Shown here: positions 39,691 to 52,551 of the stretch, piece by piece | How the letters are laid out: every line of letters starts with the position of its first letter | How positions within the stretch are numbered: the stretch's first letter is position 1 | Assembly (NCBI RefSeq): GCF_003918875.1 | Contig: NW_025767469.1 | Span: 124,001-188,000 of the forward strand | Direction: 5' to 3' | DNA length: 64,000 nt | Source: Haliotis rubra | Taxonomy: Eukaryota | Notes under the pieces: model-generated | The model's database searches: none | Told to the model about the DNA's origin: nothing | Seen by the model: only the letters and a program-made list of their open reading frames with translations | Program-made: the position numbers and the translations under genes

Positions 39691-40141
39691 GGTCTGTTTT
39701 CATTTGTAGCCATTTCAGATTAAAACTGATATTTATTAACTTAACTGATTTTCTTGCCGCAAATCAAAATGGGAGAAATCAAAATGGGACAGTGTTGTTT
39801 TATGCCAATTTGAACAATAGTATATATAGTATAAAATAGTAAATATAATTAAATCTGGACCAGCAAATCCAGTGGTTAATTCAAACTCAACATGCTAACA
39901 ATCTACTATAAACATGATCATGATCACACATTTTGGCCATCCAATCTCCATTTAGTCTTTATTGTTTGTGTTTGTCGTTTTAGGCCGCACCCAGCAATAT
40001 TCCAGCTATATGACGGCGGTCTGTAAATGTAATCGAGTCTGGACCAGACAATCCAGTGGTTAATACAAATTCAGCACGCTACGATCCATTGTTAACCAGA
40101 GCATGAGCACACATTTTGTCCATCCGATCTCCATTTAGTCT

Positions 40142-43100
40142 TTATTGGATCTCCTTGTACTGGGAACGTCCTCTCCTCCTCCTTCTGATGACGACAATGA
40201 CGGCGGCCACGGTGACGAGACAAAGTATACCTCCGAGAGAGATGATGAGAATCTCAAAAATGCTCGGTCGGCACGCAACGGTTTCATCGGAATTGTCGCC
40301 ACAATCGTTATAGCTGTTACAGATGACATCATTTGAAACGCAGTTGTCGTTGCTGCAGTGGTACTCGTGATGACCACAAAAACCTGAAGAGTGTAACACA
40401 GTGTAACATAGTGTAACGGTTACATTTCATTATCAGTTATATTAATATCAACGATATAAATCTATAATGCGTGGTTATCGAATATTTCATTATATATGTT
40501 TGGGGGTCAAGGATAGCCCAGTTGTCAAAGGCGCGGAAATTAGCTGTACAGAGTTCAGTAACTTGGGCTCTCCCTATACCTCTCTGTGCGTGCGAATTCT
40601 AACGAGAAATGTCGCCGCCAATATTTCTCAGATTGTTCCAACAATACCCTGACCGTGGTCAATGTAAGTTGTAAATGACAATGCGGAAAGAATAAACATG
40701 CCTCAGTTATCTGGAGATTTCATTCAATTTGGATGTCAATATCAAATTATTGATGAACGTTATATGAGTAGGTCACTGAAAATCTATAACGACACATGGT
40801 GTTCGTAAATAATATTAAGACGCGTGTATCTATGTAACTATGTATGTATCTAACGAACCAAACAGCTGATTCTTGTTTTGAATAAATCAATAAAATGGCG
40901 ACAAAGAATTCGTTTATTCCAATAGCTCAGAAAAAATCGAAACGTCAAAAGAGAGTATAGTTTTAAATTATCATCATTCCAGCTACATGACCGCGATGAA
41001 TCTAGAAATGTTTCATGGATTTTTCCATGCGGGAATAAAACCCTGACCTTCAGTGTGACTAGCAAACACTTTAACCACCCAGCTACCAATCCGCTTCAAT
41101 GCCACCACGCTGTCAATGAATTACAGTTGACATAATTGTACACCAAAAGAATGTTATTAATTACTTTAATTAGATGTCTCGAACTACAAAAAAAACGATA
41201 TATATTTTGACATCAGGACTGACTGAATTGCAGAATGAATATTGTAATAGTTAACGAAAAAAGACATCAGCTTTGAATGAATGGAGCATCGTCTTACCAT
41301 CTTTAGCGAGTCTGAATGAAGATACGAGAAACTTGAACCCCCCTGGTTCCGTCACCCCCTCGTCCTTCTGGTACTCCCACCAGGAGTACACCCCCGAGGT
41401 GTTCAGCGTGGGTCGAGACAGGTGCTGGCCACATATCCAGGGAGGGTCTGGAATAGAACATTATTAAGTGAATGTTATTTAACGCCGTTGGTTGTCAACA
41501 GTAAAATCCAAGCAGTATCAGGACGAACAAGGGGGATAATTAGACCGTGGATGCAATGTGTGAGGCCCATTACTGGTGTCCCCTGCCGTGGTATTGCTGG
41601 AATATTGCTAAAACGGCGTACAACTAACTCATTCACTAACATTCAAGCTCATTCAAGTAATAGTCATGAATAATTTTCGTTTTCATCACATTGCGGATTT
41701 CATGGATGCCATATGAAAAATCAAACTTACCTGTAAGTCTTTACTACAACAGAGAAGATCTATTTCTCCACTTACTATTACAGCCTTTACTATGATGGAG
41801 AAGGCATTTCTCCACTTACCAGCAACTCTTTATTATAACGGAGAAAACGACATATTTCTTCCACTTACCTTTAACTCTGTATTATAATGGAGAGAACGAC
41901 ATATTTCTTCCACTTACCTTTAACTCTTTATTATAACGGAGAAAACGACATATTTCTTCCACTTGCTAACTCTTTATTATAATGGAGAAGACGACATATT
42001 TCTTCCAATTACCAGTAACTCTTTATTATAATGGAGAAAACGACATATTTCTTCCACTTACCTTTAACTCTTTATTATAATGGAGAAAACGACATGTTTC
42101 TTCCACTTGCTAACTTTTTATTATAATGGAGAAAACGACATATTTCTTCCACTTACCTTTAACTCTTTTTAATGATGGAGAAAACGACATATTTCTTCCA
42201 CTTACCTTTAACTCTTTATTATGATGGAGAAAACGACATATTTCTTCCACTTACCTTTAACTCTTTATTATAATGGAGAAAACGACATATTTCTTCCACT
42301 TGCTAACTTTTTATTATAATGGAGAAAACGACATATTTCTTCCACTTACCTTTAACTCTTTATTATGATGGAGAAAACGACATATTTCTTCCACTTACCT
42401 TTAACTCTTTATTATAATGGAGAAAACGACATATTTCTTCCACTTGCTAACTTTTTATTATAATGGAGAAAACGACATATTTCTTCCACTTACCTTTAAC
42501 TCTTTATTATGATGGAGAAAACGACATATTTCTTCCACTTACCTTTAACTCTTTATTATAATGGAGAAAACGACATGTTTCTTCCACTTGCTTACTCTTT
42601 ATTATAATGGAGAAAACGACATATTTCTTCCACTTGCTAACTTTTTATTATAATGGAGAAAACGACATATTTCTTCCACTTACCTTTAACTCTTTATTAT
42701 GATGGAGAAAACGACATATTTCTTCCACTTACCTTTAACTCTTTATTATAATGGAGAAAACGACATATTTCTTCCACTTGCTAACTTTTTATTATAATGG
42801 AGAAAACGACATATTTCTTCCACTTACCTTTAACTCTTTATTATGATGGAGAAAACGACATATTTCTTCCACTTACCTTTAACTCTTTATTATGATGGAG
42901 AAAACGACATATTTCTTCCACTTACCTTTAACTCTTTATTATAATGGAGAAAACGACATGTTTCTTCCACTTGCTAACTTTTTATTATAATGGAGAAAAC
43001 GACATATTTCTTCCACTTACCTTTAACTCTTTTTTATGATGGAGAAAACGACATATTTCTTCCACTTACCTTTAACTCTTTATTATAATGGAGATAAAGG

Positions 43101-46100
43101 ACATATTTCTTCCACTTACCTTTAACTCTTTATTATAATGGAGAAAACGACATATTTCTTCCACTTGCTAACTTTTTATTATAATGGAGAAAACGACATA
43201 TTTCTTCCACTTACCTTTAACTCTTTATTATGATGGAGAAAACGACATATTTCTTCCACTTACCTTTAACTCTTTATTATAATGGAGAAAACGACATATT
43301 TCTTCCACTTACCTTTAACTCTTTATTATAATGGAGAAAACGACATATTTCTTCCACTTGCAAACTTTTTATTATAATGGAGAAAACGACATATTTCTTC
43401 CACTTACCTTTAACTCTTTATTATAATGGAGAAAACGACATATTTCTTCCACTTACCTTTAACTCTTTATTATAATGGAGAAAACGACATATTTCTTCCA
43501 CTTACCTTTAACTCTTTATTATAATGGAGAAAACGACTTATTTCTTCCAATTACCTTTAACTCTTTATTATAATGGAGAAAACGACATATTTCTCCCACT
43601 TACCAGTAGCTCTTTATTATAATGGAGAAAACGACATATTTCTTCCACTTACCTTTAACTCTTTATTATAATGGAGAAAACGACATATTTCTTCCACTTA
43701 CCTTTAACTTTTATTATAATGGAGAAAACGACATATTTCTTCCACTTTAACTTTTTATTATAATGGAGAAAACGACATATTTCTTCCACTTACCTTTAAC
43801 TCTTTATTATAATGGAGAAAACGACATATTTCTTCCACTTACCTTTAACTCTTTATTATAATGGAGAAAACGACATATTTCTTCCACTTACCAGTAACTC
43901 TTTATTATTATGAAGAAAACGACATATTTCTCCCACTTACCTTTAACTCTTTATTATAATGGAGAAAACGACGTATTTCTCCCACTTACCAGTAACTCTT
44001 TATTATAATGGAGAAAACGACATATTTCTTCCACTTACCTTTAACTCTTTATTATAATGGAGAAAACGACATATTTCTTCCACTTACCTTTAACTCTTTA
44101 TTATAATGGAGAAAACGACATATTTCTTCCACTTACCTTTAACTCTTTATTATAATGGAGAAAACGACATGTTTCTTCCACTTACCTTTAACTCTTTATT
44201 ACCAAGGAGAAGACAACACGGACATTCTTCTCCACTTATGAAGTCTTCACTACAATGGAGACGACTGACATATTTCTCCACTTACCATTTCTGTGTTATA
44301 CTGGAGAAGAGTGAGATATTTCTCCCCTTAACCATTGAGTGGTTACCATGGAGAAGATATATTTCTTCACTTACTGTTAAGCGGTTGAGCATCGGAGTTG
44401 AGGATGTTCAATGACGTCTCGTTACAGGGGTAACTCGTTGTTATATTAAGATGAAGTGGGGTTATCAGGAGTCGCTGTGATAACTCCTCCGTCATGACGA
44501 CAACGTTACACGACATCGCCGACCAATCCGCCTCGGTAGTGTTCTCTGTGAAATCCAGCAGCATGTCTTTGGTGAACGTTATCGTCTTGCCACATTCCTG
44601 GTCGAAATAAACTGGAATAAAACATATTTACAACAATATAAACAAGTATCATTGTATTATATAGTAAATCTCAGTGTGGATTGAGGAAACTTTATTTGTT
44701 TGCTTAACGCCGCGCTTGTGTATAAACAGTGAACCAAATCATTGTGCCCGACAACCATGGTACTTGCATCTTACAGCAAGTTAGACGTCGAAGACCCGGG
44801 TTCGAATCCCCATGGGTGCAATGTGTGAAGCCCATTTCTGGTGTAACCCCGTTGTGATATTGCTGAAATATTGCTAAAAGCGGCGTAAAACCGTACTCAC
44901 TCACTCACTCATTCACTGCAGCATGATAGATGATAGGATCTAATCTAACCAGAATCCCGATGGACTTTGACAATTTGGTAAAAGCTACACGTGTTTGCTT
45001 GGATGTATAAGCATCTAAACCGTAGCTGCTTTGTTTTAGGTCCTTATTCATTGTCTCTGTGAATATACATTCCACTCTGCGGTAGATTATATTCTTTTTA
45101 ATACTGGCTCAAAATCTAAACCGCCCTTGTAGCTGTTGACATTAGGGAAATATACTCATGCCAATAATGGTTGTCACCCCCCTCACCACCCCAACCCCAC
45201 ACACACCCCACACCCACACCCCACACACCCTCACCAATAAAAAAAATTGAAGGGGGTGACAACCATTATTGGCATGAGTATATAAAGATCTTGTTAATAC
45301 GGCAAACGTGAGACAACAACACGTTTTGTGTTTTTGTCTTGACAAAGTAAATTTTCTGTTCTCCTTCAGACGTGGATACTTGATAGACACATTTACGTAA
45401 TTTCTTACTTTTTGACCAAAGTTGATATTTACCAACGATCATATACATTAACAAAGGTATGCCATAGATATGTATTTCTATGTTTGCGGTTGTTATTGAG
45501 TATTTGATGTCCGCAAAATTCATCGACATTATGAAATACTTATGATCTGTCTCTACGCAACCCTTCACAGCCACATGTGAGACAAGACGTCAGGAGACGG
45601 TGGATGATGTCATGTGTAGACATGGCAACTGTTACCGTCTGGTTAGTGAGTATAGATAAACTTAATGTACAGTAAGCTTCGGTTATGACGAACTCAAAAT
45701 TCGTTACAACTGAAATTCGTTGTGCTCATTCGACTAAAATATAGTAGCACGTGGCAGGGATAAAAAGACAGTTCCTTATTTAAGTCAGTTCGTAATAAGT
45801 GTATCCGTTTAAAATGTAGGACCTGGTTTACTGTAGTTCCAATGACATATATCTTAACCAGTCAAATCACAGCGAACTCGACGTGTTTCAATACCATTTG
45901 CATATTGCAGTGGAAGTAGGGGCGAACATACTAAGAATTATTTCATATATCAAGATATAACGATACAATGTTGAATACATATTGATAGGGTCCATCCACA
46001 TATTGCATGAGTGAGTGAGTTGGGGTCAAAGCCGCTTTGTGTAACAACACAGTTATATCGTCAGATTTCAGGCACTACTAAGAACAGTAACTCTGCACGT

Positions 46101-46280
46101 TTAATTGCAGTGCCTTGCGCCGCCGTGCCACCATAATCACTGGAAGCTCTGCGGACAACACGTGGCAGTAACGCATCAAATAATCCCAAAGTCATACTCA
46201 CATGTCGGTGGTGTGTAAGTACATCCCGCTAAATTATATAATGCGATGCAACTAAATAAAATGGCAATTATAGCAGCCAT
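40142..46280 (-). CDS. Gene D: signal peptide-CUB-LDLa-TM type I membrane protein, about 235 aa, 4 coding exons
   Basis: complement(join(40142-40383,41298-41447,44375-44611,46202-46280)); 708 nt open. MAAIIAILFSCIALYNLAGCTYTPPT|FYFDQECGKTITFTKDMLL..|NPPWICG..FKFLVSSF..|[54 protein letters not shown]. Confidence 0.9.
41750..44372. repeat. 49/46-bp minisatellite, about 50 copies, filling most of gene D intron 2
   Basis: Unit GGAGAAAACGACATATTTCTTCCACTTACCTTTAACTCTTTATTATAAT plus a 46-bp variant (..CCACTTGCTAACT..); degenerate at both edges. Confidence 0.97.
45670..45833. mobile_element. Degenerate pogo/Tigger-like MITE
   Basis: TA-CAGTAA...TTACTG-TA ends with GTTCGT-type subterminal repeats. 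Confidence 0.4.
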
Positions 46281-46532
46281 GTTGTCGAGACAGTAGGCTC
46301 TATTCTTCCTTCATGTCAAGTTTGCTCCCAGGTCAGACAGCGACCGTTATCGCTACATGTGATGGTGATAACTGCAATATCGCACATGACGTGTGCCAGA
46401 TTATCTGTTGTAGTCTGTACCTGTTTACACCCAGCCGACTCGAGTTTGATAGGTTTAATTGACCAATGTACAAGTAGAGTTGTGTACACCTAACCGATTC
46501 GACGTGTATATGGTTAACTGCCCAAAGATATA

Positions 46533-47838
46533 TAGTATGACCAGAAATTATTGAGAATTTTAGGAATGTGTTTAATTGGATTTCTAGTATAAACAACCTT
46601 GACCAGCTATCAAGCTAGTGCTTGGTTTCATTCAAGAGAGACAACTCCGTTAATCCTTTTTCATTAGTTTGTGAAGAGTTATCCGTCTTTGTTTACTTGC
46701 TAGCAGGCGACATTTTGAGTGATCATCAGTATGGATGATTCAGAGAAGAGGAAGTTGATTTTAGAGTATTATAACAAGGACATCAGATCAGCTAAAGTGA
46801 TTTCAAGTAGAACAGGCATTCCCTTGTCCACTGTTTATCGTGTTTTGAAAAATATTGCAAATGGATATGGCACTGAGCACCAGGGAGGCGCAGGTAGGCC
46901 CAGAAAATTGACTGTCGGTGACAGGAGGCGGCTTGGTATTCTTGTTTCTAAAAACAAACGAAGGGGTTTAGAAAACTTAAGGCTGGATGTGATTAATAAA
47001 GGAACTGTGGCTGTCTGTAAGGAGACAATTAGAACTGAGCTGCATGCAATGGGTTGGCAGAAAAGTCGAGGAATTCCATCACCGATCATGAAACCTGAAC
47101 AAAAGGAGCGAAGGTTGAACTGGTGCTTACAGCATAGAAATTTTAACTGGGACAATGTGATTTTCTCAGATGAAAGTTCTGTGTGGCTGTTTCCTAATAC
47201 CCTGAAATTCTGGACCAAACAAACTGAAAAACCTTTGTATCAGCGCCCAAAGTACAGTCCGAAATTTAACGTGTGGGGTTGCATATCTGTGTTAGGGGCA
47301 ACGCCCCTCTGTGTATTTGAAGGGAATATGAACAGTGAGCGGTACACAGATATTCTCGAGGGACATTTAGTTCCATCTGCTCACGTGTTCTATGGAAAAA
47401 TTTTGATTTTCCAGCAGGACAAAGACCCAAAACATCGTTCAAACCATTCACAGGCCTGGTTTCGGACCCAAAATATGACATTATTAGATTGGCCAAGCTA
47501 TAGCCCTGACCTTAATCCAACAGAAAATGTTTTGGGGACTTATGAAGTTAAGTGTCAATAGGAAAAATGCTGACAAATATTGCTGAAATGAAAGAAGAGG
47601 TGGTCCGATATTGGGACAGCATGGACCACGACTTTCTAACTTCCTTGATCAGTAGTATGCCCCGCCGCATTGAAGCCTGCACTGCTGCCCATGGTGACTT
47701 GACAAAATACTAACTATTCACCTGTCTTTGAATCTGGAGTTATGTTCTGCTAATATTCACATTTAATACGTGAGTAATGAGTGAAAAAAAATTAAAAAAT
47801 TGCAATCTTTAAATTCTCAGTAATTTCTGGTTGTACTG
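46533..47838 (+). mobile_element. Tc1 (DD34E) transposon, nearly full length
   Basis: TA-flanked 28-bp imperfect TIRs (TAGTATGACCAGAAATTATTGAGAATTT / CAGTACAACCAGAAATTACTGAGAATTT) enclosing a transposase. Confidence 0.93.
46731..47713 (+). pseudogene. Tc1 transposase with two +1 frameshifts near the C-terminus
   Basis: HTH region, GRPRKL, FSDES, FQQD-34 aa-E (SPDLNPTE). The continuation NVWGLMK..SMPRRIEACTAAHGDLTKY* is recovered after removing one base from a T5 run (about 47530) and one from an A5 run (about 47563). Confidence 0.88.
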
Positions 47839-49059
47839 TAATACTAATGTTTACACCTAGCCGACTCGACTTTAATGCGCTTATTTGCCGATGTGATAAT
47901 CGTACTGTTTACACCTAACCGACTCGACTTAAATACGATTAATTTCTTGATGAAATGAAAGTACTATTTACAAGTAGCCGATTCGACTTTAATATGCTTA
48001 ATGGTCTGATAAAAAGTAGACCTGTTTAAACGTAACCGACTCGACATTAATGTGCTTGATTTCCCGTTGTAATAGTAGACCTGTTTACACGTAACCGACT
48101 CGACTTTGATATGGTTAATTACCGGATGTAATAGTAGTCGTGTTTGCACCTAAACGATTCGACTTTAACATGCTTGATGCTCGACATGAAGGTGATCCAT
48201 TATAAATATAACCGAGACGTGGCGATAGTAAGCAAGATATGTGCAACTAAAGAGACACTCACTAACCAGAAAGTTACCTGACTGTATCATATGCCCGGGC
48301 AATGTAATCAATTCATATACCTTTCATATCTTAAAGTAACATATAAATCCTATAAGCTAATATGCATGGGTGCCGGTGTACGAAACAACCTTAGCGATAC
48401 GATGGTCGTTAGTCTAATGTATGGGATTTATGATCACCATAGCGCTAAAATCGCTTTGTAAAACGGCACCTGAACCCTCCTGTACAAAGCGATCTTAGCT
48501 CTAAGACGAACGTAAATCCATCACTCTAACATAGACATAAGATAAGATAATGCTCTATTTTCCCGAAGGAAATGTGCTGTACACGGTTAACATTGAAAAC
48601 ACATATAAAACGACAAAAGATACATATACATAAGACCACAAAAATATGAGAAATATTGCTAAAATAGCTGGCAACAACGCCCAATGTATGACTTAAAGAT
48701 AAATGATGAATAAGTAATACTAATATATTTTAGATTTCGAGCTATAGTGGTTACATTAAAGATTATGCATATGCTGAGGAACATTAGCACTAAAGGTATA
48801 TTTATATAACAGTTAAACGGGAACAGGAAGCGAGGGACCTTATTTCACGGGGAGCAAAATTTAAGAGAAATTGTCTAGCGGATTATTCCGCTTCAGTGAT
48901 TAGTCCACCTAGAACAATAGGTGGTGGGTAAACGAGAAGTTCCCCAGGAAGCTACTGCATTGATGAGGTATTTGAAGGGTGCGATATTAATAATAACTCT
49001 ATCTCAAGTCAGTAGTAACAGTAACATTGCTTCAGGACAACAGATACGACAGTGGAGAT

Positions 49060-49530
49060 GGCTTCTTACTTCATCAAAGAGCAAAACCAATATCATCCAG
49101 TTCATTGTTCAAAATTGCTAAAGGTTCATTGATATCAAGAAGGTTGCTTCGGCGTTTGGTCAAAGCGTTTGCAAGACCTGTCCGTGACTACACGCAAACA
49201 CTGTATGTTATACTGTCAGTACTCTTGGAGGCAGAGGGAAGGTCAATGCATTCAAACTACTTCAAGGCAAGGAATACGAAGAAGCTTTCCAACAACTTGG
49301 GAATATGTGGACTGTGCCACCAGGTTTGATCGACTCACTTCAAGCATTCACATGCCACCTGTATGCCTCAAGTTCTTCAATAAGGGATGTCCATCAATTG
49401 CGCTACAACTAATTTAAGGTAAGAAAAGGGGCAATTGAATCATGACAATTGCCACCCTGCTTTAATTGTCTAAATATGCACATCCTTAGAGGAAACTATC
49501 AAGCTGCAATATGGAACAAGGAGACTCTAT
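49060..49530 (+). pseudogene. Remnant of an invertebrate DNA-transposon-associated protein (superfamily not assignable)
   Basis: Motifs HANTVCYTVSTLGGRGKVNAFKL and QLPPCFNCLNMHILRGNYQAAIW, with stops and frameshifts. Confidence 0.55.
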
Positions 49531-49889
49531 AAGGGGAGTGGTCAGTTTTCGAAAAAGTTCTTTGAGCTGGAAACTCCTCTATAAGAGGGATGCCTCGAAA
49601 GCTCCTAAGCTATGCCTCGGCTCGTCACGTGACCAGTGCAGCCAATATGGCGGCAGCGTAGTTTTTAAGATTGAGCCCGGTTTATTTTCAACAGCTGATT
49701 ACATACGCTGAGTGTTGTGACAACTGAAAACCTACATGTAGAAGATAAGTTACCTATTCTGTCACTTCATTTTAAGTCAAATACTTGTTATTAGTGTCAG
49801 TATAAGTACAGTAGCTTTGTAGTAAAGTTTCAAGTGGGCATGTTGTAGCTCACTGGCTTCAATTCTCAGTACACAGCGAAGAAAGACTA

Positions 49890-50460
49890 AATTATATCGC
49901 TAAAAACTTCTTTCACATATTCGTTTAATTTTTAGAAGGGAAATATACCTTTAGTTAAAAGGTGTTTGCAAGTAATAGTGATATTTTTATAACTAAAAAA
50001 ATTTGTTAGGGTGTATTTGAGGTGTGTGAAAAATATGACATATCGCCGATCTGCCATTGAAATACTACAGGGCGTTGTTTGAGTGTTTCTAGTTAGTGTT
50101 CAAAAACATCTTTCACATACACCTTCAATTTTTATGAGGGGAATATACCATCAGGTGAAAGGTGTTTGCAAGTAATAGTGATAGTTTTATAATTTAAAAA
50201 AAATTGTTAGTGTGTATTTGAGGTGTGTGAAAAAATATGACATATCGCCGATCTGCCATTGAAATACTACAGGGCGTTGTTTGAGTGTTTCTAGTTATTG
50301 TTCTAAAACATCTTTCACATACACCTTTAATTTTTATGAGGGGAATATACCATCAGGTGAAAGGTTTTTGCAAGTAATAGTGATAGTTTTAATTTTTTTT
50401 TTTTTGTTAGTGTGTATTTGAGGTGTGTGAAAAATATGACATATCGCCGATCTGTTCTGA
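49890..50460. repeat. ~201-bp tandem repeat, about 3 copies
   Basis: TTTCACATA..AAAGGTGTTTGCAAGTAATAGTGATA..GACATATCGCCGATCTG recurs at about 49911, 50111 and 50313. Confidence 0.9.
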
Positions 50461-51270
50461 TACGCCATTGGTGCTTGTGATGCTTGAGTGTTATAGTTCT
50501 AAAACTTCTTTCTTTCTTGTTGATCTTAGTATTTGACAAAACTGGAAAGGTGTTTGCAAGGCTTTGTGATAGTTCTAAACTTTCTGTTCTTGAGGGGTCT
50601 GTGACAGTGTCAGTTAACATTCTGTCAATGCCCATGTCATTCCACACATGCAATAAGATATCTGAATTAGTTACTAATGTAAAAAAATGTCTCAAAGTAA
50701 TTTTTTTTAAAAGGACAGCTGATGTTAACATATGTGTTCTACCGATAGTTTTGCGTTCTTTAACATGTTTGGGGAGGGATGGCCGTGGTGTATCATTTAT
50801 TCTTTCATTCATTCACATATGTTCTTTTTCTTTTGTTCTTTTTCTTAATTTCTTTCATTCATTCACATAAAATTCTTGCTCTTAATTCATTCATTCATTC
50901 ATTGTAAAATTCCGACCTATACAATACACTGGCTGAAGTACTGTTAAACGCAGCCGAAGTTGCGCTGGGACCGAACCAAGTCACTGTGTGCGTTGGAGCA
51001 TGACGAGGCACACGTTAATTAGTACAAATGGTAAAGAAAGCAAGCGAGTGACCTATCCCTGTTGTAGAGTACCACCAGTGTACCTTATAAAACTACATAC
51101 TTTGAATAAATGACTTCAAGAATAATGGTTGAGTCAATCATAAAATAACGAAGACGACGTAAAAACCATAGCCGCTTTAGTCCTTTCATGTATATCTAAT
51201 CAGTATTACTGTTCCAGGTGAGCTTAAAATCTATCACTGTGCCAAGATACTTATATTCCTTAATTCTATC

Positions 51271-51443
51271 TGGGCGGTGGGGTAGCCTAGTGGTTAAAGC
51301 GTTCGCTCGTCACGCCGAAGACTCGGGTTCGAATCCCCACATGGGTACAATGTGTGAAGCCCATTTCTGGTGTCCCTCGCCGTGATATTGCTGGAATATT
51401 GCTAAAAGCGGCGTAAAACCATACTCACTCACTCGCTCACTCA
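51271..51443 (+). mobile_element. SINE-A
   Basis: Family match. Confidence 0.9.
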
Positions 51444-51826
51444 ATTATATCTATGGTTTCGTTATCAATGGCAATTAGCAACAGCTCACTTTTACTTTTC
51501 CGAAAATCAAAAACCATCTCGTTTTGTTTTCTTAACTTTAAAAACGACGGTCGTAGCGCTAAGATCGCTTTGTGCAAAGGGCCAAGGTCAGTTAGTGTAC
51601 GCTCGCATGTCGAAATGTTTGTTGAGAACATCACGCTGTGTAATCTGACACGCGATGCACCATGATATATTCCATTATCACAAAACACCCTCAAGTTCAA
51701 ATTGTTATCAGCTGTCCTGTTTGATTGGTTTGTCAACAATGAGTGTACTCCTATTCGAACGTCCTTCATAATGCATTCCATTGATATCATATTTAAATAC
51801 ATCATTCGTAGGGTTCGTTGTGACCT

Positions 51827-51990
51827 GGGGCAGTGGGGTAGCCTAGTGGTTAAAGCGTTCGCTCGTCACGCCGAAGACCCAGGCTCGATTCCCCACATGG
51901 GTACAATGTGTGAAGCGCATTTCTGGTGTTCCCCGCCGTGATAGTGCTGGAATGTTGCTAAAAGCGTCGTAAAACTACACTCACTCACTT
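51827..51990 (+). mobile_element. SINE-A
   Basis: Family match; TSD gttgtgacct. Confidence 0.9.
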
Positions 51991-52194
51991 ACTTGTTGTG
52001 ACCTAAACATGATCCTTCTCGATATCAATATATTGATATACCGAATCGAACTGTGGACTTGTAATGAAACAATTGAATACCATTTACACAAACTCAGCTT
52101 CCTTCTTAGCATAGCCCTGCTGCTAAGAGATGATATATCTTCTTCCGCGTGTGTAGCAGCCATAACCAATAGTTTATATCTACCATTGTTTGTG

Positions 52195-52551
52195 AGGTGA
52201 GGTGGGGTGAAATTGGGTTTAACGTCGTGCTTGAGAATATTTCGCTCATATGACGACGTGCATGCGTGTGTATGTGTATGTGGGCTGCTTGTACTAGCCC
52301 AGACTGAAGCTGGTTTTATAGTGCTAGCCCACTGAGATACCATGCCGCAGTGAAGAATGAATACCCCACTCAGACACATTATACTGACTCCGAGCCGACC
52401 AGTTCTTGTTGTACCCATTAATGCCAAGCGCCAGGCAGGGACCAACAAGAACCATATTTTAACGTCTTTTGGTATGACGCCGTCGGGGATCGAACCCGCG
52501 ACCTTTCGCTCACCCGGCGGACGCTCTAACCACTACACCACGGAGGCGGTT
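52195..52551 (-). mobile_element. SINE-C: tRNA-derived SINE, about 355 bp, (TCACC)n tail
   Basis: A and B boxes (TGGTGTAGTGG, GGTTCGATCCC); central CATACCAAAAGACGTTAAAA..CCTGCCTGGCGCTTGGCATTAA block, possibly a Meta-type domain; TSD ccattgtttgtg. Confidence 0.88.

Larger units (their letters stand above)
46422..48175. repeat. Old 58-59-bp tandem array (8 units, core TGTTTACACCTAACCGACTCGACTTT), split by the Tc1 insertion
   Basis: Units start at 46422, 46481 | 47848, 47906, 47965, 48023, 48082 and 48141. Confidence 0.85.
48536..51535 (-). mobile_element. 5'-truncated Rex1/Babar-like LINE remnant with nested insertions
   Basis: EMVFDFRKSK..IAIDNETIDII RT motif near 51450-51530; NNPL..ILLP near 48860-48890; (CTTAT)n tail at 48536-48550. 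Confidence 0.5.

Noticed and set aside
46422-48175. CRISPR-like array (conserved 28-bp core plus about 30-bp variable spacers)
   Set aside because: The spacers are mutually related, the repeats are degenerate, there are no cas genes, and the context is eukaryotic. It is an old minisatellite.
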